Made by a program: the position numbers and the translations under genes. DNA of 64,000 nt, from positions 7,868,676 to 7,932,675 of the forward strand of contig NC_057755.1 in assembly GCF_004010195.1 (NCBI RefSeq), given 5' to 3'. The first letter of the stretch is position 1; the number at the start of each line of letters is the position of its first letter. Positions 38,121 to 50,858 of the stretch are shown one piece after another. Under the pieces are notes generated by a model. That model saw only the letters and a list, made by a program, of their open reading frames with translations, was not told the DNA's origin and did no database searches. The stretch is from Chiloscyllium plagiosum. Its lineage: Eukaryota.

Positions 38121-38939
38121 CTGACAGACAAGATTAGACACAGCAGATAATGGAATGACGAGTCCACGTGAGGCATGTGCAGAAGGAGAAGGAGGAACAC
38201 CAACGTGACAACACTCATTTTCTAATGGGTAAGGATGACTCAATCTGAGGGACAAAACAAAAGCGACTGCAGGAACAAAGCCAGTGTAACGTGCTGTCAG
38301 CAAGGAACAACAGTTAGTAGAAAGCTGAACAACAAAAGCAAAACTGAAAGAGGAGTTAGACATGCACCAAAGATACAATCATTCGAAGCAATCCGTTCTC
38401 TGTAGGTGACACGGACACATAAATAAATGAACTGGAGGAACGGATCATCGTTCACTATCGGCCCAGAGTGTAAGACGCAGCGACAGAGTCCTTTCCACTC
38501 TTCCTCACTGAATTAACTGATCCACACATCGTGACAAAGAGAGGAAAAAACAAAGAGTGTTATAAGGAGAAAATAATTCTTGTAAAAACATTCTGTGCCC
38601 TTTGATTGTAAGTTTACTTTCAACAGTAATTTACTTCATTTTCATTCAATCTCTAGTATCATTCTGTTTCTTTAATCCTGCCTTTCCATGAACTAGCTGA
38701 TGGGTTAGTGGGGAATCCAAGGCCAACCAGACGGACTTCTGGACTCTCTCTCTCTGCAGCTCTCAATGACCCAGCTACCCTTTCGATTTAAGATGCTCCT
38801 ACAAATCTGCCTCTTTATATCAGTTACTGTCACCTGACCTAACATCACGTTCGGTGGGTGAACATCAGCTCTGTTTAATTTGTCATGATAAATGTCTTTA
38901 TAAAATGTCTTTGGGGATTATGTTGAGTTAAAGTGGACA

Positions 38940-39011
38940 GTGATGGTACTGTCGTGGTGAGTATAACTGCCTTCCAAGCAGGTGAACTGGGTTTGATTCA
39001 CGGCAATGGCA
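38940..39011 (+). pseudogene. tRNA-Gly(TCC)-derived pseudogene
   Basis: gtggtgagtataactgccttccaagcag...gggtttgattcacgg matches vertebrate tRNA-Gly-TCC. The anticodon arm is intact; acceptor, D and T arms are mismatched. Confidence 0.75.
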
Positions 39012-39549
39012 AGTTGTGATTTTAATATTGATCAACGGGAAATCGAAAAGAGGAATTTGATCAGGATGAGAATATATACAGTTTTCATCCCAAGACGATA
39101 TTTTCCCACAACCCAATCCCTGCCTCCTTCTAATCCTTCTAATCCCACCAAGAATGACTCTGGCTGTGATCCATCTCTGGGGAAGTCGACCCACAGAAAG
39201 AGAGAGCTGGGAGCTGACTGAATGAGCTGGGTCTTGGGTGGAATGGGCGTCTATGAGTGACAGACCTGGGGGTATTTCGAATAGGTTCTGGCAACCACTG
39301 TCCCTTTCACCATGTGCACTGAGCAGGGAGTGAGTATCTGTGTGTTTCTGTCTGTATGTGTGTGAGGGTGTGGGGTGTGTTTTAATGTCAATCCCAGTTG
39401 GATCCTTTAATACTCCCCATTCCCTCCCTGAACCGTCTCCTCCTGGAGCAGGGTATGTCCACAATGGGAAAGAGGGAGTGTGAGAGACCCTCGAGTGAGC
39501 TGCAACCAACTAGAATGGAGAGTATCACCACATTAATCTCACCATGTCT

Positions 39550-39795
39550 TTCCTTAACTCCTGTTTATCTCTGAGTGATCCTCTTTTCTGTCTATCTCTT
39601 ATACATTCCACTTCTCTCTCAATCTTTTTTCTTTCTCACACTATCTCTCTCTTTTTACTGATACCCTTTCTTTTTGCCTTTTTCTCTCCTACTTCGTCTT
39701 TCGACTTGTGGATATTTTTCCCACTCTCTTCCTTTCTTTCTTCTCGTTTCACTTTCTCTCTATCTTTCTTTCCTTCCCTATTTTTGTCTTTCAAT
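39550..39795. repeat. Pyrimidine-rich low-complexity tract (duplicate at ~51420-51640)
   Basis: Almost exclusively C/T on the plus strand. Confidence 0.8.
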
Positions 39796-40089
39796 CCTGA
39801 AACTGCAGCCCTCCAACACCAATTTTACGCACCCCACTTCCTCAAATTTTGCAGTCCCACAAACTTAGCACCCCCCCTTCCATTGTCCTGTCTAATTGCC
39901 CTCCCCGTGGGTCTTTCTTCTCCCTTGAACTGCGCATTCTGTACTTCCTACATTACACATCCACTGTATATCAGAGACCCTCTGTGTCTCCATACATCCA
40001 CAATACTCTCCATTCCATGTCCCTGCCCCTGGGGCGGGTGACAAAAGGAGCATATGTATAGACAAAACTGTCCTTTGCCTACCTGCTGT

Positions 40090-41110
40090 AACGTCAGAGA
40101 GTTATACAGCACAGAAATCGACCCTACAGGCCAATCTGTCCACACTAACCATATTCTAAGACTAAGAAGTTCCACCTACCTGTGCTTGGTCCGTATCCTT
40201 ACAAACCTTTCGTATTCATTAACTTATCCAAATGCACATCTTGATAAGGCAAATCGTAATGGCGAGGTCCTGGGAGTGTTGCTGATCAAATACACCTTTG
40301 ATTTCAGGTTGACAGTTCCTTGAAAATATAGTCACAGGTAGATAGGATCGTGAAGAATGCATTTGGTATGCTTTCCTTTGTTGGTCAGAGCATTGAGTAT
40401 AAGAGTTGCAAGGTCATGTTGCAGCTGTTCATGACATGGTTCGGCCAGGTTTGGAATTCTGCATTCAGTTCTGGTCTCCTGCTTATCGAAAGGATGTTAT
40501 GAAAACTGAAAGGGTTCACAAAAGTCCTACAAGGACATTGCCAGTGTTGAAGACTTTGAGGCTGAATAGTCTGGGGCTGTTTTCCCTGGAACATTGGAGG
40601 CCGATGAGAGACCTTATAGAGATTTATAAAATCATGTGGCATGGATAGATTCAAACAAGAGGTGAGAAGGGAAAGATTTAAAAGGGACCAAAGGGGCAAC
40701 ATTTTCATGCAGAGAATGGTGTGAATATAGAATGAGCTGCCTGAGGAAGCGGTGGAGGCTGGCAAAATTACTGCATTTAAAAGACAAGGAGAAACTGAGG
40801 ACCGCAGAGGATCGAGATCAGTGTCGAGAGTGTGGTTCTAGAAAAGTACCACAGATCATTCCTGATGAAGCCTTATGACCGAAACGTTGATTCTCCTGCT
40901 CCTCAGATGCTGCCTGACCTGCTGTGCTTTTCCAGCACCACACTCCTGACAACATTTAAAATGCATCTTTATGGGTAAATGAACTGAAAGGGCTTAGAGG
41001 AATATGGGCCAAGTGCTGGCAAATGGGACAAGATTTAGTTAGAATATCTGGTTGGATTGAACGAGTTCGACGGAAAGGGTTTTCTTTTGCTGTTCATCTC
41101 TATGACTCTC
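40090..41110 (+). mobile_element. CR1 3' fragments with inserted Penelope-type inverted-repeat piece (duplicate at ~51940-52960)
   Basis: LEFCIQFWSPAYRKDV, LGLFSLEHWRPMRDLIEIYKIM; insert ~40790-40948 with a CTGATGA...GAAAC core. Confidence 0.75.
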
Positions 41111-41119
41111 TGCCTTTTA

Positions 41120-42820
41120 AACGTTAGAACTGTACCTGCATACATCACTTTCTCCGGCAGTTCATTCCAGCACGCAAACCACAATCTGTGTAAAAAAAGA
41201 GTTGCCCCTTATATCCTTCTTAAATCTTTCTCTTCTCATTTTAAAGTATGCCCCTACTTTTGATAGGGAAACGACCCTCATTATTTCCCTTATCTATACA
41301 CCTTACGATTGTATAAACCTCAATAAGGTCATCCCTCCACCTCCAATGTTCCAGTGAAAAACAACCTAACCTTTCTTGTCTATTTTTACATCTCAAACTC
41401 TCCTTTTCCGGCAACTTCTTGATAAATCTTTGTAGGACCCTCTCCAGTTTGATCTTTCCTTAACAGGTCACTAGAATTGCACACATTAATCCAGAAGAGG
41501 TTTCCCCAACACTCTGTAAAACGTCAAGGTTCACATCCCAACTGCGAGACTCAATGGTCTGAACAATGAAGGCAAGAATGCTAAAAGCCTTCTTAACCAC
41601 CCTGCCTACTCTCTAATGCAAATTTCAAAGAACTTTGTACCTGAACCCCGAAGCTTCTCTGCTGTATAAACTGCCACTAATTCATGTCCTTGTGTGTTTT
41701 ACTAAAATGCAATCCCTCACACGTTTCCAAATTAAACTCCATCTGATACTCCTCAGACCATTGAAGCAAATGATCAAGATCTCTATGCAATCTTTAGTAG
41801 CATTCTTCACTGACCACTTCACCAGCAATTTTGGTGCCTTCCGCAAACTAACTAACCATGCTTTCTATGTTGTCATCAGAATCATTTATATAAATGACAA
41901 ACAAAAGTGGATCTTGTACCGATCCTGATGGAACACCGCTGGTCACAGACCTCTTGTACAAAAAATATACCTCTGCTATCAGTGACTGTCTGTTCCCTGT
42001 CATGAAGCCAAATTTGTATCCAATTAGCAAGCTCACTCTGAAACCCATGTGATCGAATTGTACTAACTGGTCACGATACAGAGCCTTGTCAAAGTTGCTC
42101 AAGTAAACAATGTCTACCACTCTGTCCACATCAACTATTTTGGTCACTTCTTAAAAAACTTAATCAAATTTTGTGAGACATGATTTTCCTCACGCAAAAC
42201 CATGCTGCCTATCCCTGTTCAATCCTTACCACTCAAAATGCATATACATCCCAACTTTCAGAATCACCCCCAAAGTCAGACTCACAAGTCTATAATTTCC
42301 TGGCTTCTCCTTACATCCCTTCTTAAATAATGGCACAACATTAGCCATCCTCCAGCCCTCTGGTATTTCAAACGTGTATCTGGATGATACAAATAATTCT
42401 GCCCCACAACTTCCTCCCCAATGCCCCACCATGTCATGGATACACTTGATTAGTCCTCGAGATTTATCTATCTGTATGTCTTCTAAGCCCTCCAGCACTT
42501 TCTCTTCTGTCATGTTAAACCTGTTTTCAAAACATCAATACTTATTTCACCTTGGGCCTCTATCAAAACTAATGCAAAATATTCACCTCCTGAGTTTCAA
42601 CACAAAGATAACCTTGTTAATCTTTAAGCGGTCTTGCTCTCTGGAGTTGCTGTCTGGCTCTTAATGTCGTTATAGAATCTTTTTCGATTATCATGAACAT
42701 TATCTGCCAGGGCTATCTCACATCTCTCTTTCCCTTCCTAATTTATTTCCTCACAATGCTCCAATACACTTGATAGCCTTCAAGAGTTTCAGTTGATCCC
42801 AATTGTCTGTATCCAACATA
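41120..42820 (-). mobile_element. CR1 LINE ORF2 (RT), decayed; truncated by gap
   Basis: WRMANVVPLFKKGCKEKPGNYRLVSLT; VDIVYL..FDKA; VTSGVPSGSVQDPLLFVIYINDSD. Confidence 0.88.
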
Positions 42821-43320
42821 NNNNNNNNNNNNNNNNNNNNNNNNNNNNNNNNNNNNNNNNNNNNNNNNNNNNNNNNNNNNNNNNNNNNNNNNNNNNNNNN
42901 NNNNNNNNNNNNNNNNNNNNNNNNNNNNNNNNNNNNNNNNNNNNNNNNNNNNNNNNNNNNNNNNNNNNNNNNNNNNNNNNNNNNNNNNNNNNNNNNNNNN
43001 NNNNNNNNNNNNNNNNNNNNNNNNNNNNNNNNNNNNNNNNNNNNNNNNNNNNNNNNNNNNNNNNNNNNNNNNNNNNNNNNNNNNNNNNNNNNNNNNNNNN
43101 NNNNNNNNNNNNNNNNNNNNNNNNNNNNNNNNNNNNNNNNNNNNNNNNNNNNNNNNNNNNNNNNNNNNNNNNNNNNNNNNNNNNNNNNNNNNNNNNNNNN
43201 NNNNNNNNNNNNNNNNNNNNNNNNNNNNNNNNNNNNNNNNNNNNNNNNNNNNNNNNNNNNNNNNNNNNNNNNNNNNNNNNNNNNNNNNNNNNNNNNNNNN
43301 NNNNNNNNNNNNNNNNNNNN
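42821..43320. other. Assembly gap (500 N) at the duplication junction
   Basis: Run of exactly 500 N, probably a placeholder size. Confidence 1.
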
Positions 43321-46300
43321 ACACAGAGGATCAAACAACATTGTCTAACAGGATGTTTCCCATGTTGCACTTTGTTGCTGTTACCCTTTGATGCTCCTGG
43401 AGCAATACTGGTCAATGTGAAGGGGCTCCCACGTACATTCGTTTGGGATTGTTATTTGGACTTTGATTACCAGTTTGGATAAGTGTTATTATTATTTTGA
43501 TTATTGTTATGGTTATTTGAGCGTACCTTTAGGTGAATCCTATGGATATATTTTAAAACCAATTCAATGTGAGACCATAGAGTTACACCATCGAGGGCAG
43601 TATCCCGTCAACTTTGCGAGATCTCTGTTCTTCCACCTGGTCCACGGGGCTCAGAACAGTGGAGATTGGGTGGTACAATAGGGTTTTTCACTGATGAATG
43701 GCAAGTTGGTTTCGGGTGACTGGTGTGCGATTTAGGATATTTGATATTGCTCCGAGGTTCCAATCGGGATCAAAAACATCCGGCCATACGGACTGATTGT
43801 TAGCTCTGCTGTTGGGATGTTCAGTTGACCTGATGCTCAGGATTCAGGGACTTGTTGAGTTGGATAATATATCTGGGTCACCGGTTGATTCATGTCCATC
43901 CGTAGCACACTGCTAAAAGAATATGAATTATAGATGTATATTGTTGAATCCATTGATTGTCAAAAAGATATATATGTTGTACTGCCTCATTACCCTGGAT
44001 TGAATGATGTTCTTGGGCTCACAGCAGGGCACATCATTGCACCAATTGTCACACGGGATGTCTGTCCAAATAGTGAATGTGGTTTATAGGTGGGGTGTTT
44101 ATAGGAGGTCACATATCGATACTGAGTAAAGCCACCCTGTTTCTTAGCTGTTGAAGTTTGAAATTGTGGAGGGGGGTGGAAATGAGTTAGTATCGAAGGG
44201 ATTCGTTGTTGCCAGCTCACAGTTTGATGTTGATAAATGTTTGCAGTATTGTAAACACTGAGCTGTTCATTCCCACAGCACACTGTAAATGTCAGGACTG
44301 CTGCACTATCCCTGTTGGTTGGGGGTTATCTGGCACAGTGTGTTTTACATCAGGGGAGTAACACAGTGGATCAAACTCTTTGATGCAATAGCGTCCCCTT
44401 TCTTCAATTCCAAAATAGTTCACTTGACAGAAAATGTTATTTTTGGAGTGTTGGGTGGAAAAATATCAAATGAAATTCATGTGGTATTCGATAAGACTGT
44501 AAGAATGAGAGAACATGACTGCCATAGTGCCACAGGTTAGTGCAGTACGGAAGACTAAGTCAACAGCAATAACAACAACAAAACAGATACTGCTGGGAAA
44601 GGTCAGCAGGTCTATCAGCATCTGTGGAGACAAATCAGAGTTAACGCTTCAGATCCAGGAACAGTATGCAATGGATTGCAAATGGGAAATCTTTACAGCA
44701 GGCTGCATATGTTTGGCGCTCAGTTTACAAAGTGAAATGTCCCAGTAGATATAAACAGATGTGACAGTTTTATGGCAGATTAACAACGTTAGTCCAATGA
44801 AGTGCCCTGTACAAATATTTTGTTGACCCAAATAATATTTTTGGTACTGATTAATCTTCCAGCAAGGTTAGGACAAGCAAGGGGATGTGGCTACTACTTT
44901 TTAGTAGTAATTTACTACTTTTACGTTATTAAGCATGGATTTACTGCTGGAATGTTTCACATCAGTATTTGATTGGAACTGGATGAATACTTGTTGAATC
45001 TGCTTTTCATAATCTGCCCACAGTTGAATTTCGAGTGATCGCTGCTCTTCACTTTGAGGTGTTTTCTCCTTGGGAGGAGGAAGTGAACCGTTAATTAGTG
45101 AAAAGTCAATCAGCTTTAAGACAATATATAACAATAAAAATACCAATGAATGGGAATACAAATGTCTATTTCACCAAATAACTAACTTTACTAACTGCAA
45201 TATTAAGATTATGGTTTATAATTAAATTGGGGAGAATCACCACGAATTGACAGTCCAGAATTCCGAACATTTAACATGGTGCTTTAATATACCATCCAAG
45301 CCTCTCTTTCTACCAAGTGCTCTAACGCTGAATAAGTATTCATTTGCCATTTCTCTTATTAGTGCAGATATTATTTCCATATCTACGTCACAAAGTTCTT
45401 TATATCTGGATGCGTCTGTGTACTCTATGTCAATAACATTGCTCACAAGTCCAGTTTCCAGCATTAGGAGCATTTCTCTTACTTTAGTGTGATAGTGATA
45501 AACGTTCCGACTCGGTCAGGAGCCCAAACTCTGTCACTCGTTGCTTGTTTATTATACTGTAACCTCTGGTCTTCGGACACAGCCACATGTTGCCTGATCT
45601 TTCCAGTTCCACATTCTATCCACTCTGACTTCCAGCATCTGCTGTCCTTACCATCTCCACATGTTAACTCTGTCATGCATCAAACTCAGAATTGTTTGCC
45701 TTGCATTCACAGAAGGATTGATGATCTGTTCCTCAATCACTTCGTTTTCCAGTTAACTTTTAATTCCTGAAAAGAAATCTTCAGCTCTTAAACATATTAA
45801 TTCTGAGCACATATTCACAATAAGGAACCCTTGAAAAACTGAACTCAATGAGATTGCAACACTCTTTTGTTTCGTCTTAGGTGGAATTAGTTAGGGGTTT
45901 TGGTGGTCAGTCATCTTAGTCACCATACATCTCTGCTGGCTTCAGCATGGTTGTACTTTGACCCTAAAATCTGCAGATGCCACAACGATGCTCTTCCTTC
46001 ATCATAATTTCAAAAATAGAGATGTAGATGTAGCTTTAATTCCAGGATCAACAGATTTCTGTCTTTATCAATACCCTGGACCAACCATTGATGAGAAAAT
46101 GACCTGGCCCAGCCACACAAGTGCTGTAGCCACAGCAGTATGTCAGATACTCTGATAACTGTGACAGTAAGCTCCCTGACTGCTTTTAAACTCCATGTCC
46201 ACCATCCAGAAGCGCAGGTCAGGGCTGGGATGGAATGATCGTCATGTACTGGCTGAGTGCAGCTCAAATGGAGCATTGAGTGTAACACTCACAGATCTCC

Positions 46301-49080
46301 ACATTGTACAGGACAGACAACCGGTCCTAGTGATTGGCACACAGATCATTCAGTACTCACTCTCTTCACCAATGACACCATGACCAGCAATGAAAATCAT
46401 CAACATGATCCAAACCAGTGCAAGTCTCATTTGAATAGCACTTTCCATGATCTCTCGGCAGAACAAGGACAGCAGATGCAGAGAAACACCATCACATGCA
46501 AGTTCTTTTTCAAACTAGATTTAATTCTGACTGAAAAATATTGTCTTCCTTCACTGTTGCTGGGTAAAAAGATGAGATTAGATTTCCTACTGTATGGAAA
46601 CAGACCTCTGAAGAGTAATCCACCCATAACAATTTAGGATAGCATGACAATTTAGCATGGCCAATTCACCTGACCTGCACATCTTTGGATTGTCGGAGGA
46701 AAGCCACGCAGACAATGTGTAAACTCCACACAGACAGACGACTGAGGCGGGAATTGAACTCAGGTCCTGGGTGCTGTGAGGTAGCAGCGCAAATCACTGA
46801 GCCACCATGCCATCCTGATTCTGCAACTGTACCCCAGAACACATTGGGCTTCCCTGTGTCTCAGGTAATGTAGATGTTCAAAAAGACAGATCTCCAATCC
46901 CATCACAATGGTGAATAGAACTGGGCAATGTATATTGGCCCAGCCACGAAAGCTCACATTCCAGTGGGGCATTTAAAAATAACCCCCATTACCACATCTG
47001 CAAGAGGATATTTCTGAACCCGAGAGGTGGCTAGTGTCTCGGGAATGTTTCGTTTGGCAGAGAGAGGAGAAATGTCTTGGCCAAAAGGGCGGATGCTTGG
47101 TACTGAGCGGATAATCCCTATCATGGCTGATTTTACCAAATCCCATAAATTTCTGGATTTTTAATAGTTTCAAAGCCAGGAGACCGATTTATTGCCTCAG
47201 TTTTCTTTGCTAAGTACTGGTCTGTGTGTTAATGTTTCAAACTCCGGTAAACTGCGGTGATTTGAGTGGTCAATCCCTTGTCTTCAAAACTGGATCAAAT
47301 TTGGACTGGATCATTTCATATTTGTGATAATGGACTCAGTATGGGGATATCCAATCCCAGATAAAGATCTAAAAAGGAAGCAGTTGGCGGCAGTACAGAG
47401 TTGGCTGTGCATATGGAGCTCCATTTTCATTTTTTCATTGAAGGGATGTGAGTGTTGCTGGTTTGGTCATTATTCACCACCTTTCCATAATTGCCCAGCG
47501 GGCAGATAACAGTCAATCAGGTTGTCTTGGGTCTGGAGTCACACGGTGGCGAGACGAGGGAAGGATGACAGATTGTCTTCTCTGAAGGACATTAGTGAAC
47601 GAGATGGTTTTTCTTCCTGACAACTGTCAATTATTTCATTGTCATCATTAGACTCATTAAAATTCCACCATCTGCTATGGGGAATGTTGAACCCAGCTCC
47701 CCAGATCATTAGCTAAGTCTATGAATTAACAGTCTCGATATAGTCCCATTAGGACATTATCCTCCAACATCTTTAGTAATGGTGCGAATCCACATAGATT
47801 TAAGATTAGCACAGTAGTTAGCATTGCGGCCTCACAGTGCCAAGGACCTGGGTTTGATTCCATCCTTGAGTGATTGTCTGTGTGAAGCTTGCACATTCTC
47901 CCCGTGTCTGCATGAGCTTCCTCTGGGTGCTCTGGTTTCCCCACACAATCCAAAGTTGAGCATAGTAGATGGGTTGGCTAATCTAAATTTCCGAATAGTG
48001 CCCAGGATATCTGGTTAGGTGAGTTTATCATGATTTAACCACATTCATTGGGTGAGGTCTGTTTAGAATGCTCTTCAGAAGTGTGCTGCAGATTCGATGG
48101 GCCGAATGACCTCTTTCTGCACGTTAGGGTTTCTATGATGCTATCATAGAAAGAGACTCTGAAGATTGCCATGTAGAATGCTGGTTAGGTGATAAAGATT
48201 CCTAGCCCCAGTGTGTTCTCTGAATCTGAGAGGGGGAATCCCTATTCACAAGGAGAGGAGTTTGGGAACTTGAGCCTGGACACCAGGCAGGAAGCTTTGC
48301 TTAAACTCTGATAAAATGTGTGATTTCTAAACCAGAACGTTGCAATGAACAATGCAGCATGGATTCAGGTTTTATTTGAGTGGGAGTTGTAGTACATGGT
48401 GTACGGCCATGTGGGAGAGTCCCTGCCAAATGTTGCAGTGCTTATGGTTTCGATGGGCATGCAGCTTGTGATATGGTGATTCGATTCATTGGTGAATACT
48501 TCTGTGGTACAGATTGCCAGGATGCTCAATCCTGTCCATGAGGGAGGGACTCATTTCACAATTATTTGTTCAACAACATTCATTCCTGGACAGTGTGAAG
48601 TGATTCAATGTCGTTCATATAGTGTGGGTATACAATTCAGGGGACAATCTGAGCTGTGGAGGTTCCAAAACCAAAGACAGAAATTTTGCAATCAATGTCC
48701 ATTTTAGGTGTATCCCATTCATTGTTTTATTGATTTGAGGTGTCCTGATGTGGATGTTGTGATCTCAGCAGAATCTCCAGCCAGTCTGAATAACATATAA
48801 ACCAGTTGAAATCAACCACTGCCAACCCAAAAAAAGTCATTGAGCACATGACTGTGTCTTGTGTGCACAATTTGCCGTTCCCATTCTTCCGCTTCTTTTT
48901 AAATTGCAAATGATTCATTTTGAGAGAGCTTGCTGCTGTGGTTCAGATTGTTTAAACTTCATATGACATGGAGCAACATTTATCTTTGTCTTTATTATTT
49001 TAAGTCTAAGCTCAGGCACGGAGAATGTTTGATCATTAACTTAAAGACTTTCTCTCGCTCTCTCTCTCTCTCTCTTGCAG

Positions 49081-49964
49081 TTAATCTAGTGGTGATTATA
49101 ATCTTGGCTCGGCAGAAGTGTGCTCTTTCTCCATGCACCACTCACTATCTGGTGGCCATGGCAACGTCTGATCTACTGTTCACGATTGTTTACTTCATCT
49201 TTCGGCGATTCCCTTACTATTATTATCCACTGTGTTTCCTGGACATCACTCCTGTTTGTACTGTTACCTATGTCCTTCACCTCTTGCTCATTGATTGCTC
49301 TGTCTGGTTCACTGTTGCTTTCACTTTTGATCGATTTGTTGCGATTTGTTTTCATCAGATGAAAGCTACGTACTGTACAGAGAAAACTGCATTGAGGGTT
49401 GTAGCAGCAATCTGCATTTTCTTTTCTTTAAAGAACATTCCCAATTTCTTTCGATATATACCTCAAAAGATTATCAACAATGTTCCATGGCACTGTAAAT
49501 CAAGTCGCAGTTATTATAGTGAAGGGTGGAAACGTTTTCAATACTTTCAACATTTTTTAACACCAATGTTACCATTCTCTTTTATTTTCTTTCTCAACTT
49601 CTTAACTGCCAGACACATCTTCGAGGCTGTGAAGATGCGTAAGGGACTGGGGGGTCAGAGAAAAACAGAAAATGATCCAGAAATAGAGAGCAGAAAAGAT
49701 TCTGTGATTTTATTGTTTGCCATTACCACCAGCTTCGTACTTCTGTGGTTTCTGTGTGTTTTAAAGTTCTTTCAAGCTGGTGATTCCTTGAATTACAATA
49801 ATTATTTGCTCTTTAAAGAAGTCGCATATATGCTGCGGAACCTCAGTTGCTGCACAAATGCGCTTATTTATGTGGTGACACAGAAAAAATTCAGAGACCA
49901 GTTAAAGTATGCAGCGAAATATCCAGTTATAAAAATAATTCAATTGGCAAATAAATCCAAGTAA
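49081..49964 (+). CDS. GPR139/GPR142-like GPCR gene B, exon 2 (exon 1 not visible, probably in gap)
   Basis: tctcttgcag acceptor at 49080; 884-nt open exon, the same length as in gene A. About 35 aa differences in 294 by manual count; all 7TM motifs retained. Confidence 0.88.
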
Positions 49965-50786
49965 CTGACAGATAACATTAGATACAGAAGATAATGGAAT
50001 GAAGAGTCCACGTGAGGCATGTTCAGAAGGAGAAGGAAAACACCAACGTGAGAACACTCATTTTCGAATGGGAAAGGAATGACTCCATCTGAGGGACAAA
50101 ACAAAAGCGACTGCTGGAACAAAGCCAGTGTAAAGTACTGTCAGCAAGGAGCAACAGTCAGTAGAAAGCTGGACAACAAAAGCAAAACTGAAAGAGGAGT
50201 TAGACATGCACCAAAGATACAATCACTCAAAGCAATCCGTTCTCAGTAGGTGACACGGACACATAAATAAATGTGCTGGAGGAAAGGATCATCGTTCACT
50301 ATCGGCCCAGAGTGTAAGACGCAGCGACAGAGTCCTTTCCACTCTTCCTCACTGAATTAACTGATCCACACATTGTGACAAAGGGAGGAAAACATAAAGA
50401 GTGTTATAAGGAGAAAATAATGTCTTGTAAAAACATTCTGTGCCCTTTGATTGTAAGTTTATTTTCAACAGTAATTTACTTCATTTCCATTCAATCTCTG
50501 GTATCATTCTGTTTCTTTAATCCTGCCTTTCCATGAACCTGCTGATGGGTTAGTGGGGAATCCAAGGCCAACCAGACGGACTCCTAGACTATCTCTCTCT
50601 CTGCACCTCCCAATGACCCAGCTCCCCTTTCGATTTAAGATGCTCCTTCAAATCTGCCTCTTTATATCAGTTACTGTCACCTGACCTAACATCATGTTCG
50701 GTGGGTGAACATCAGCTCTGTTTAGTTTGTCTTTACAAATGTCTTTATAAAGTGTCTTTGGGGATTATGTTGAGTTAAAGTGGACA

Positions 50787-50858
50787 GTGGTGGTACTGTC
50801 GTGGTGAGTATAACTGCCTTCCAAGCAGGTGAACTGGGTTTGATTCCCGGCAATGGCA
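50787..50858 (+). pseudogene. tRNA-Gly(TCC)-derived pseudogene (duplicate)
   Basis: gtggtggtactgtcgtggtgagtataactgccttccaagcaggtgaactgggtttgattcccggcaatggca. Confidence 0.75.

Larger units (their letters stand above)
31427..42820 (+). repeat. Tandem segmental duplication, copy A (visible part)
   Basis: 31427 acacagagga.caaacaacattg aligns with 43321, and 42811 atccaacata aligns with 54481. Colinear throughout, roughly 90% identical by eye with many small indels. Confidence 0.95.

Noticed and set aside
38928..39509. 193-aa minus-strand ORF
   Set aside because: No recognisable motif, overlaps the tRNA remnant in antisense, and is disrupted in the duplicate.
39544..40041. Hydrophobic 165-aa membrane-protein-like ORF
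   Set aside because: Produced by a C/T low-complexity tract; the frame is not preserved in copy B.
48930..49080. N-terminal extension of the 344-aa ORF as a single-exon GPCR
   Set aside because: It starts at TTG, runs through the polypyrimidine tract and AG acceptor, and is not open in copy A. This is intron read-through.
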